64,000 nucleotides of DNA from Antedon mediterranea (Eukaryota; Animalia; Echinodermata). The stretch's first letter is position 1. Every line of letters starts with the position of its first letter. The notes under the pieces are model-generated. The model worked only from the letters and a program-made list of their open reading frames with translations. It did not search any database and was not told the DNA's origin. Position numbers and translations under genes: made by a program. The stretch is taken from positions 34,646,388 through 34,710,387 of the forward strand of contig NC_092670.1 of assembly GCF_964355755.1 (NCBI RefSeq), read 5' to 3'. Shown piece by piece: positions 1 through 13,100 of the stretch.

Positions 1-1806
1 ACAGTAGTTACTAAAACTACTAGTGTTAACCTACTGCAGACCAAGAGATATACAGTAGTTACTAAAACTACTAGTGTTAACCTACTGTAGACCAAGAGAT
101 ATACAGTAGTTACTAAAACTACTAGTGTTAACCTACTGTAGACCAAGAGATATACAGTAGTTACTAAAACTACTAGTGTTAACCTACTGTAGACCAAGAG
201 ATATACAGTAGTTACTAAAACTAATAGTGTTAACCTACTGTAGACCAAGAGATATACAGTAGTTACTAAAACTACTAGTGTTAACCTACTGTAGACCAAG
301 AGATATACAGTAGTTACTAAAACTAATAGTGTTAACCTACTGTAGACCAAGAGATATACAGTAGTTACTAAAACTACTAGTGTTAACCTACTGTAGACCA
401 AGAGATATACAGTAGTTACTAAAACTACTAGTGTTAACCTACTGTAGACCAAGAGATATACAGTAGTTACTAAAACTAATAGTGTTAACCTACTGTAGAC
501 CAAGAGATATACAGTAGTTACTAAAACTAATAGTGTTAACCTACTGTAGACCAAGAGATATACAGTAGTTACTAAAACTAATAGTGTTAACCTACTGTAG
601 ACCAAGAGATATACAGTAGTTACTAAAACTACTAGTGTTAACCTACTGTAGACCAAGAGATATACAGTAGTTACTAAAACTAATAGTGTTAACCTACTGT
701 AGACCAAGAGATATACAGTAGTTACTAAAACTACTAGTGTTAACCTACTGTAGACCAAGAGATATACAGTAGTTACTAAAACTACTAGTGTTAACCTACT
801 GTAGACCAAGAGATATACAGTAGTTACTAAAACTACTAGTGTTAACCTACTGTAGACCAAGAGATATACAGTAGTTACTAAAACTAATAGTGTTAACCTA
901 CTGTAGACCAAGAGATATACAGTAGTTACTAAAACTAATAGTGTTAACCTACTGTAGACCAAGAGATATACAGTAGTTACTAAAACTAATAGTGTTAACC
1001 TACTGTAGACCAAGAGATATACAGTAGTTACTAAAACTAATAGTGTTAACCTACTGTAGACCAAGAGATATACAGTAGTTACTAAAACTAATAGTGTTAA
1101 CCTACTGTAGACCAAGAGATATACAGTAGTTACTAAAACTAATAGTGTTAACCTACTGTAGACCAAGAGATATACAGTAGTTACTAAAACTACTAGTGTT
1201 AACCTACTGTAGACCAAGAGATATACAGTAGTTACTAAAACTAATAGTGTTAACCTACTGTAGACCAAGAGATATACAGTAGTTACTAAAACTACTAGTG
1301 TTAACCTACTGTAGACCAAGAGATATACAGTAGTTACTAAAACTACTAGTGTTAACCTACTGTAGACCAAGAGATATACAGTAGTTACTAAAACTACTAG
1401 TGTTAACCTATTGTAGACCAAGAGATATACAGTAGTTACTAAAACTACTAGTGTTAACCTACTGTAGACCAAGAGATATACAGTAGTTACTAAAACTACT
1501 AGTGTTAACCTACTGTAGACCAAGAGATATACAGTAGTTACTAAAACTAATAGTGTTAACCTACTGTAGACCAAGAGATATACAGTAGTTACTAAAACTA
1601 CTAGTGTTAACCTACTGTAGACCAAGAGATATACAGTAGTTACTAAAACTAATAGTGTTAACCTACTGTAGACCAAGAGATATACAGTAGTTACTAAAAT
1701 TAATAGTGTTAACCTACTGTAGACCAAGAGATATACAGTAGTTACTAAACTAATAGTGTTAACCTACTGTAGACCAAGAGATATACAGTAGTTACTAAAA
1801 CTAATA
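1..1806. repeat. 51-bp tandem satellite, about 35 copies, continuing off the window start; probably intronic in the integrin gene
   Basis: Unit ACAGTAGTTACTAAAACTA(C/A)TAGTGTTAACCTACTGTAGACCAAGAGATAT repeats with period 51; near-identical copies with one interspersed C/A variant. Confidence 0.98.
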
Positions 1807-3674
1807 AAGTATATAAGGAACAAAACACAGAGGAAAAACAATAGCAGCATGAGAAAACAATGCACTCAAAGGGTTTATCTGTGGCTTCGACACGATCAGT
1901 TCCACTCCCTAGACACCGAGCGCCGCTGTGAATATGTACATAGTACAGTGCTGTTGGTATTTGTCGCAGCCAGACTTCAGATCAACAGATAGTTACGAAG
2001 TTCTGAATATGTATTTTTATTTTTTGATCTATCTTGGCATCCTTTTTCATTTAAATTGATACATAATTATACTGTAATGAATACTTTCTGTTTACCTTTG
2101 TTCCAAATCTTTTATAATAAAGATAGATCACCAATCAATAAAAATAAATAATAAATATTATCATTAAAGGAAAATAAAAATAAGAAAATTAAGCTATATG
2201 CATAGACACCACAAAAAAAATACATAGTGAGCTCCCCAATACAATTAACTCTCTGAAAATCGGATATATCACCAAAACCAGATTTTCTTTAGGTCCAAAA
2301 GGTCTCAAATTCGTTTTTAACATTAAAAACACATTCAGAAAACCACATTTAGGCCAGCCCAAGGGGTCCAGTTTATTAAATGGAAATAGGTACTGCTAAA
2401 GATTGTGGTTTTCTATTAAAATAAACACACAAGAATCAAAAGTACATATCAATCATAAACAGTGTTCTAGTTGTTCCTGGTTTTTGTTTCAGTTTATTAT
2501 AATGTAACGCTAGTGAAAGTGTTCATGTTTATATAACATATACCTGGACATAATTTATTACTTTTAGTGAACTTTGCTGTTATGGTAAAAATGTATACAT
2601 TTTTAAAAGACATTAAAAAATAAAGTAAGATTATATATATTAATTTGTATTTGTTCATTAAAATGTGCATAAAATATGTTTAGAAGATTTTATATTAGGA
2701 AATGTAAATAATTACAAATTTAGGCCAATACAAAACCGTGAAATACTTCCTGTGTTATGGTTGGTTAATTGCGATCTTAATTACCTATTACCTTTCATTC
2801 ACCAACTTTAAACATCTGTTAATTATATTTGATATATGTATCTTTTAACTATGACAGTTAGAACATATTGACAACTCGTATTATAATTTCAAATATAAAA
2901 TGTTACTATCATTTTAAATGTAACTAACAGTACAGATGCCCAACCCTGTGTAAACTATTTCCTATTGTAGAAAGTTGTTCAATTTAAAGAAAAAAATTGA
3001 ATGGAAACAAAAAAGCATATATGAAATGGATCATGTATAATGCAATCTTCTAATTTAAGCTAAATTTGGACACAAGACTCCAGTAAATTCCAATGTAATC
3101 TAAGTTTAATCCCTCCGCCTATTTTCTATTTCATATCCATAAGCCCCTGGGACTATACTTGGTCATATATGGATGTAAATTAAATATTGCTAATTAACAT
3201 CCTAATTTTGTTGTATTAAAAAAACTTATTAATTGATGTTAAAATACTGTGAATTGATCAAAATATGTTTGATTTGATTTAAAGTTATAAATATAATAAA
3301 ATATCATTTTCAATACATTTTTATAGTTTCTACCTCAACTCATGTTGTCAAAACATTAAAATCCTAGATAAAGAAACATGATACATTTTAAATGTTGTTA
3401 TTTTTATGTCAGTAAAATACATACATTATATGTGTCAGATCTGATCTATAGAAATATTTCAAAATATAAAGGCACACAAGAGCAGGTCTAGATTTGGTAT
3501 GAATTACTGGCCAAACAGAAAGGGAGATATGGTTTGGAAATATATATTCAAAGTAATTTAGGGAAAACAAGGTGGATAAAGGTCCTTGCCTATAACAATA
3601 TACCTGTCCTAAAATTCCATTTCCCTTCTTTCACTTTTCAACAAGAGGTACTGAGCCTCTCCATAATTTGTTTT

Positions 3675-3826
3675 AAGCTCTGTCTAACACTATCAAACTA
3701 GTGTGACAAAAAAAGTGTTATATGCCCAAATATGGTAATGATATGCCCAAATATGGTAGTGATATGCCTAAATATGGTAGTGATATGCCTGAATATGGTA
3801 GTGATATGCCTAAATATGGTAGTGAT
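3675..3826 (+). mobile_element. MITE family A, truncated copy with 5 internal 21-bp units
   Basis: Left TIR AAGCTCTGTCTA(A)CACTATCAAACT followed by (ATGCCYAAATATGGTAGTGAT)n. Confidence 0.85.
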
Positions 3827-4145
3827 AGTCTAGTTATTATGTTTAATGCTGTACTATTTCAGTCAGTGTTTCAATTTTTGTTTGTAGTGAAGTATATGTA
3901 CATATGAAATGGCATGTGTGCCAAAAGGTTATCTTTTTAAAATTCAAAATCCGTCTTTTGAACTTGAAACTGACAAATTAGTATATACCATTAAACCCAC
4001 CGTGAACGTTAAACTGACAAAACTACAAAATGTTATGGTTAATGCAACCCATCCCCCTGATTTTAGCCAAATTTCATACTCAGACGTTATCCGCCATACA
4101 CAGTATATTTAACAAATGTTATCAACTTGTGCTTTTTTTCATCAG

Positions 4146-7100
4146 GTTCAAATTGTGATTGATATACAGACATCAAATGTATTTAATACATTTCCCGGTT
4201 TCCAGATGGGGTCATACTTTGGCCAGGCATTAGCAGTCAGTGACCTTAATGGCGATGGGTAAGTTTAGGCACCAGTACACCCTGGCTAGGTTAAGTAGGT
4301 TTTCTAAAATACCAGCAAAGTGCCTATAGTAGGCAACCACTAGCTAACTCACGAGTTTACACACCCAGTTGCACACCATACAAATCATATATATATCCCA
4401 CAGCATTGTCATTTTTTTTCAGTTATTTGCCTTTGGATTTATATTATATACCATACTTTTGCTAAGGTATGGTCGCAATTGAATATGGTGAAAAGGAATC
4501 AATGTATGCCCCACATAATTATGTGACTCACCCTATAACTGAATTTCAAACCGTACCATTTGATTACCATCTCAAAATGAAAGCTCACTATAATATTGGG
4601 GTAAGATGTTATTATCAGATAAGAATGAACGGAATTCTTTCTCCACTGTATATTATAAACAAGTAAAATAATTCTGCTATACAGGTTATTATTTCTTTTT
4701 TTTCCTAGGTTTGAAGATCTTGTAATCAGTGCCCCATTGTATGTTGTCACAATATCAAGTCAAAAGAAATGGGATGCTGGACAAGTTTACGTATATTACC
4801 AAAACGCTTATGTATGTCATATTGAGAGACTCACCAGAGTGTTGCCCTTGTGGGAATCCACCACCCCCATGTTTGTTTCTGATTGATTGACACACCTTCA
4901 TATCAGTACTTTTATTTTTACCAGGTCATTTTGACCTTTTAGGCACCTCCCAAAAACTTCCAATCCCCTCCTGCCATCCAACAACCTCCTCCCGCCATCC
5001 AACCAACCTTTTTCACAATCGTGCTGCATTGTACCACCAATGATTATATCATTATTCTTCCATTAAAATATATAAAATACTTTTTATACTTCAGCATACA
5101 AGCTCTTGAATTTCTCCCTTATTTTGACCAAGCATAGGTCATAAGACACTGCACCCTCCTCCATTTCAAACTTCGGCAGGGATTTTGTTTAACTAGATAA
5201 GAGGACCAGTAAAATTTCATTTTGACTGGTCCTCTACTCCTTGTACTGGTTACAGAATGTGGGCCTAGGCCAATGTGGTAGAGCGGCCTTTAACTTAACT
5301 AAAAGTGAGGTCCAGGTGTGAAATACCTTGAAGAGATAATTGAGTAATAATTATTTATATTTTTCATCATATATTATTGAATATAAATTGAACTTGTTAG
5401 TTTGCTATTTAATTGGCTCACACATATAACTGGCCATTGGTCGGAGGACCAGTTTTACTGCCACTTCCAGACTGTGATGAATAGCTTACATAATAATAAG
5501 TTCACAAAAAAATGATTCTATCACTTTATAGTGGACGTCATTTTTTAAAATGTTTTTTACTGAATTCTTTTACGTTGGTTATAGGATTATTTTCTTTAGG
5601 TAAATTTTAATAATGTTTTCTGTTTTGTTTGTGTAGAACCAATTTTCGACTAGCGACATTTTATCTGGATCTAAGACGAAGGCTAGATTTGGGTTTTCTT
5701 TAGCGGCAGTGGGTGATACTAATTTGGATGGATTTAATGGTAAATTGTACAGTCAACTTCCAACTATTAAGCTCTGTCTACACTATCAAACCTCATGGGA
5801 CAAAAAACTGTGATGTGCCCATATATGGACACGATGATGTCATATCACTGCCATATTTGTGCATATCACTGCCATATTGTGCATATCACTGCCATATTTG
5901 GGCATATCACTACCATATTTGGGCATATCAACCATATTTGCGTATATCACAACCATATTTGTGCATATCACTACCATATTTGTGCATATCACTATCATAT
6001 TTCTTTTCAAACTAGTTTGATGGTGTAAACAGAGCTGTACTACCAACATTGCCATGATGCTGATACTAATAATCTATAATTGTCCAACATAGAAATATGT
6101 TTGAAACTTGCATAAAGAAATGCTATATAGTGAAGAAATACTACAAATTGCAATTTCAATGTTTAATATAGTACACATGTATTATATATAGCAAAAGTTA
6201 AATACAAAAACAAAACTATCATTAAATATACATTTTCCTATATCTTTCATACATTCACTTTTATGTGTAGTACAACTAATGATACATATTTTCCCCAAGG
6301 TGTAATTAAGAGGTATTGATTACAAACACAGCACAGTATCTCGGTACTGTATCTAAAATTGTCCAGTATCATAAGCAAATTCTATGATACAGCATCACAT
6401 GTGTTTCACATGTATGCTGTATCATACACCCTAACCTAACTCTTAACATTTCATAAATATAGGCACCACCATGTAATACACATTGTCATATGCGGAGATT
6501 CTGCATCTAAATTAAATCGTTCAGGTTTATAAAATAAAAATAAAACAACTACAAGTACATATAAAGCTCTGTCTACACTATCAAACTATAGTTTGACAAA
6601 AAAAGTGTCATGTGCCCAAATATAGTAGTGATATGACAACATCGTGTTCATATATGGGCACATCACGTAAAGTTTGATAGTGTATTATTATTATTATTAT
6701 TATTAATATTATTATTTATCATAAATTCCTCCAATATACACTGCAGAGATAGAAACAAATATTCATACAAAATACAAATCAATATAAAATCACATATAAA
6801 ATAAAAAAGTCTACGACCCAGGTGTTCTCTCCATGAGTTAGCGTTGGACAAACAACGATATAGCTTAAGTTTCTTTAGTGCCTTTATCTTTCTGAGTGTT
6901 GTGTCTGTTTTTGGTTATAGATCTGGCAGTTGGTGCACCTTACGATGGTGAAACAGGCGCAGGATTAGTGTACATCTACTCAGGGCATAGTGGTGGAATA
7001 AGAAAACGTAATCAACAGGTAATTAATGGGTGTTAAGTATCTTTGAAGAGTTTTCAGTATTTTTAATACGTTATGGTAGATGTTTTTAAACTTCAGAATA

Positions 7101-10100
7101 CATAGCTTATGTATTTACAACTTGATCAGTCCAACTTAAATGATTTATATTATTATTATAAAGCTCTACACCATCAAACTAGTTTGACACAAAAAGTGTG
7201 ATGTGCCCAAATATGGTAGTGATATGTCCAAATATGGTAGTGATATGTCCAAATATGGTAGTGATATGTCCAAATATAGAAGTGATATGACATCATCATG
7301 TCCATATATTGGCATATCACATTTTTTGTTACAATAAGTTTGATTTTAAACCAGAGCTTTATATCTGTCTATTGTAAAAGCACTTTATTTTTGTCAAATT
7401 GGTTTAGATCGTTATTTGTACCTCATATAAAGCTTGGTTCCCACTTGGACACAATATAAAGGCATGCCTGCAACTCAAGTGAGTTGTCCAATCATAATCG
7501 GCCATTAGGATGATCCATCGCTTGTGATTGGTCAGATTGGTTTTGTTGCACTTATGTCCTAGTGGAAACTAAGCTTTAGTCGAGTCATATGTTGCTATTT
7601 ATTTGATAAATCGACTTACAACATTAATTTGTTTATGAACAAATTTTGTATATATTTATTGTTTGGTAGATTATTGAGCCGTCTGTGGTAGCCCCTGGAA
7701 TGGATCTCACCACATTTGGATATTCCTTGTCTGGTGGAATGGACATGGATGACAACAACTATCCTGGTATGTATTCCATATGTATGTTGCGCAATAGCAT
7801 GTGTCTGACGAAAGTGATTTGATGAAAAAGAACAATTTTTGTTTGCCAAAGTACAGAATAAGAAAATCAAATCATAAAATTATATTATTGTATTTAAAAA
7901 ATTTATTATTTCAGTCCAGTTGAAATTGGCCAACGCGGGATGAAAAAAGAATTTGAATTTAATTAATGTGTGCAAAATAGTTGGAATGGTTAAAATCGTG
8001 AAAACATTTTGGACTTTACATTATTTATAAATAATAAAGTTTATGGCAAACATCTTTATGCTCACAAACTGATCTTTGTTGTGATAGATTCTGTTCCTAC
8101 ACCAAATTCTTAAATCAGAAGGTATAACGAGTATGTGTTTTTGAAACCTAATTTGCTATGTTATCATTTATATCATATCTGAAACAAATGTCAATATACA
8201 ATAAAGAAAATGAAAACTTCTATCAAGTATCATTTTTCCAATGTTTTGTATTATTTTTTTGGTTCCAGATGTGTTGGTTGGGTCTGCATATTCCGACGCA
8301 GCTGTATTGTTACGGTAATTTATGATTAAAATAATAAAATTACACCGTATTATCACAGTATATTAATTTTCGTTATTCATCAAGGTCACAGACTAGAGAA
8401 AATTTGTATGTACCAAAATATAGAACAACATTCCATCAGGTATTCTGGTACAAAGCTCTGGAATGAAATCCCAGATGAATTAAGGCTTCTAACAAAAATC
8501 AAACTTAAAAAAGAAATGAAAACATACTATTTGTTTGTTTAGGATATTTATTTCATAAGAGAATTATACTGTATATTTGAGAGAAAGTGTGTTTAAAAAA
8601 AAAATTTAATTATTTTATGTATATTAATTTTTTAGAAAGGTAGCCCCAATTTATTTATATCACTATTTATATTTCAATGTTTAGGGGCTGAACTTGATTA
8701 GTTTTAACTATTTTTTAGCCATTCCCTTGATATAATTATTATTATTTGTATGTTACAATGTTTATAATTTATATTTATGGGTAAAAAAATAAATGAAAAT
8801 AAAAAAGAATCTATGGCCACTAAATTTAACATCTAGTGGAATGTGGCCCTATACTGTGACCCATCAGAATTTGTGATTAGGTGGCAAGAGTGTTAACCAC
8901 CAAGATACAGCTTCAAAATAGAACTTTCAGAATTAATTTATTTTATTTTATTTTATTTTATTCAGTCAAAACCAACAGCGATAAATACCGCCACTAACAG
9001 GTTTGAAACATAAAACAATACAACATCAAAAACGGTTAACAATAAAATACAGATAAAATATATATATATATATATATAACATAGATCGGCATGCCATAAA
9101 CAATTTCAATTAATCAAACAGGTTATGCAGGCTGTTCAAGAAGTGAACACATAATCGTCCTCTTAAAATAACCAAGTCTATCATACTATCACACTTTAAG
9201 TGAGATAATTCCCTTAAAAGCTAAGTATTTCATTAATTTGCTAGCAGTTTATCACACTTTTAAGTGAGATATTTCCTTTACATAAATAAATTAAACGTTA
9301 ATGTTTGTTTTCACGACGCTCCACGTGGCATGCGCCAATCGTTATGTGTATAGTGTGAAAATGTGAAAACGAAACATTGACATATGTTTGATTTGCCGGC
9401 TACCGGAACCGTGCCGGAACAGGTGTGAAAGACACTTGAAAGACCCTTTATACAAATCCACAAATAATAATGATAATAAAAACAATCGTTATTTTAGCAA
9501 AAATATTGCGATAGCCTAAAATACAGTACTGATTATAGAAGTAATACGCAGTAGTAAAAATAAGGAAAATAATTACTACCTTACTGCCTACTATCAGCTG
9601 AAAGTGTGTGGCACTGGTACACGAAGAGAGAGTCATGTTATCAAACTTTTTAGTTGTTACTCACGCATTAGCAATAGTTCGCACATGCACGTGTTGTTGG
9701 ATCTGTCTGTACGTACAACATGTGCTTGGTTGTCTAGACAAATAATATGTTAGATAAATCATGAATGATTCCACCGAACTTTCAAGTTAAAATAACGATT
9801 GTGAGGCATTTGAAAATAGGCAAACTGCCTTAAAATGTCTTGACATGTTTCGAGAAACTATTCTCATCATCAGAACAGAAAACAACGCCTAGAGTACTTA
9901 TATACCAATAGGACAGGTTGTATGTAAATGAGGAAGTAATTAGCATGATAAAACAACAAGGAACGTAGGCAACAAACAATCATATGGCAAGTGTGACTCC
10001 CAAGTTATAGATTTGTTTGTTCAAGGAAGGTTTACTCCACGTGATGTGGAGGGCTTCCTTGACCTTAAGTTTGAAAGCAGAATCTGCAGAATCCAGAACG

Positions 10101-13100
10101 GTGAAGCATTCCGCATTAGCGAGGGCCTTACACCGTTCTGAATCCTGCAGATGTTGAAAAATGTGAGAAGCCTTGTCCCTGAAAAACAATATGTCTAGTT
10201 GAGAGGGTGGGTATTTAGTTAATTGATATAACAAATGTAGCCTATTAAATAAATAACATCATTTGAATAAAAGAACAGAACACACATCTACACATAATCA
10301 AACATCGTATACTCTATCTCTAACAATTTTTTCAATCGTCTATCGACTAAAGCCGAAGTATAGTCATTATCTCGGAACCGTTCTATGGTTACCACCAGGT
10401 AGGCTTCATTAAGGCTTCTATGAATGGATGTACTGGTTGGGAGCAGGAACGCTAGTAGACCAAACCCAGTACCATTTTGATTACGATCAATCGGAAAATT
10501 ACTTCATGACCTTTAAATCCAGTGTCATAGTTTTGTTTTTTATTGTTTTCAGATCAAGACCAATAGTGAAACTAAGCAAAGTCCTTACCACTGTGAATCC
10601 ACCTGGTATCAATCTAGATGTAAAGAATACCACTGTTAACAACCTAAACGTTGTTGGGTAAATTACATTTCTTTTATACTGTTTTTTTCACTTAGATACT
10701 CGTTTACAGCTGAGTGAACTTGGAGTCGTTGTTACTGGGATTACCGTATGTTTTCTGACACAAAAAAAAAGTGCCCAAATATAGTAGTGATATTTTTAAA
10801 TATGAAAGTCATATGACATCATCATGTCCATATATGGGCACATGACATTTCACAGACAGTTTGATAATGTAGACAGAACTTAACAAAGTCAACTTTTTCA
10901 AATATTGACACCAATCCAATTTTAATTGCCAAGCAAGATTTCCCTCTTTTCAAAATTCAATATTACTACAATTTGTTTAATAATCTCTCTTTTTTTAACA
11001 AATTTTTAGTTTTGATGTTACAGCCTGTTTTGAATACAAAGGAAAATTTGTTCCTGGACAAATAAGTAAGTTATATTTAGTAGTCATAATCAATCACTTG
11101 CCCTACAATTCCACAGAATCACATCCCAATGTTATTTTTACCATATATTAATTTATCTTAAACTATGCATATCATATCATAGAAGAAAATAAACATTTAC
11201 TTAAAGATATTATCGTTTTTATTATTCCACACAAATCAGCAATCAGTTTTAAATTATCAGTATGGAATGTTATAATGATTGTTCAAAAATAGTTATCAAA
11301 GTGCAGTTCTAAAGACAGTAAACTATACATACATTGAGGGAATAGCAGAAGGAGAGGGTGTAACAATTAACGATGTATTGTCCCCTGAAAAAATAATTCT
11401 TAAAAATGTTGTGGTTGAATATGCCATTTTAATGTAACATAATAGTTATACTTTTGTCACTTTGACCAAAATTTGGATTGAAAGAAAATGTATTTACCTG
11501 AAAAAACTGTAATTTAAAGCAAGAAGGTCATATACATGGCTGCAGTCGCGTGCTCAAGTTAGTGTTCACCGACTAACCGACCGACAAAGTGAGCTGTAGA
11601 TTGGCTGATTGGCTGCCAGCAATGGGTTTTTGGTTGAATTTAACAATTTATTTTATCATTTTATAAGTGAAAACATTTTTTTTTTTCCCCGTTTTTTTTT
11701 CTACAGAAGTGATTAACTTTTTAAAACTACAAAATAACATATTCAAAGTCTGATTTATACATCTTTAAATAATAATAATAAGAAAAAAACAATTTTATAT
11801 AACCTTGTATAAATTTAGCAAACTTTTTCCTTACAGGTATTGATTACACACTGAAGTTGGATGCATCGCAACAAGTTAGTCAATTAAAGAGGGCGCTATT
11901 TGTAATTAGTGGAACTGATTATTTCTCAGCACAACGAACATTGACAGACAGCACAGAGAATTGTTGGAGACATAGTGCATACATCAAAGTATGTACATAT
12001 GTGTTAAATATTTGACAAAAATATTAACAGAATATGATTCAAATTTTATTTTATTGAGATTATTAAACCTTTGAAGACGTGGCCCGTATCCCATACGGGG
12101 TAATTTACTGTTTGGAAATTAAAAGTCCCTATTATGTTATACAGTAGAACCTATGTTTTACGTACCCTGATTTTATGTTCCCTGGATTTTACAAGCGGAT
12201 TAAATGACCGATAATGTCATCATTTTTAGTAATTTATTACTGTTATTTATTTATGTTATTTTCTTACGTTGACGGCGCCATTTAACAACAGCAAACCACA
12301 AAGCCATGGCTGTGAGACAAGCCACGACATGGTCATTCCCCCTACAGCAGCAACTAATTTTTTATTTGTAACACTTTATTTAAACATCACACAACCTGTA
12401 TATACTTCTCTAGTTAGGCCTCACAGCTAGGCCTCGCATCTAGCTAGGCCTAGATTAGTCACCACTGGCTGCTGTAAGAAAAGTAGGCGAACACTGTTGG
12501 CCCACTTTCGTGTTCTAGAGGGTGGGATTATTCCAGAGGATATACAGTACAATAAAAAATAACTTATGCCCAAGCATTCTCTTATTTATTCAGAATGAAA
12601 TTCGAGACAAGATTAGTTCTATGACTATAACTACAGAGTACCAACTTGTGGAAGAACCAGCTGCTCCTTCAGCTGTGGCTCCTATACTATCTATATATTC
12701 ACGCGATCCAACCTCCAGTTATGTAAGTGTGTGTTTACTATAGCAGGTTTTGACTTTTCTTCAATATATCTATAATCTTCATGTTTAATTAATTATACTA
12801 ACAAATATCATTATTATAGTGATACTATACACAGACATAACAACAGTTAAATATGTAAATGTAACAATTTAAGGAATAATTAATTTACTGCAGGATTGAT
12901 ACACAAGATCATTATTTCAAACTATTTACACTAGTATAGTTAAACATCGTATCTCTATTTCAATCTTCTATCAACTAAAGTATAGCCATGTCTTGGGACC
13001 ATTCTACCTACTAGATAAGGCTTTCTTCATCAGTAATCTATGAATGGATGTTCTGTTGAGCGCAGGAATACTAGCTGGATTATACCCAATGCCGTTTTTA

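Noticed and set aside
1-1806. CRISPR-like array of palindromic repeats
   Set aside because: No unique spacers, no cas genes, and a eukaryotic context; it is a plain tandem satellite.
3722-6055. ORFs with MPKYGSD/CISLPYL repeats
   Set aside because: They are readings of the 21-bp internal repeat of MITE family A.
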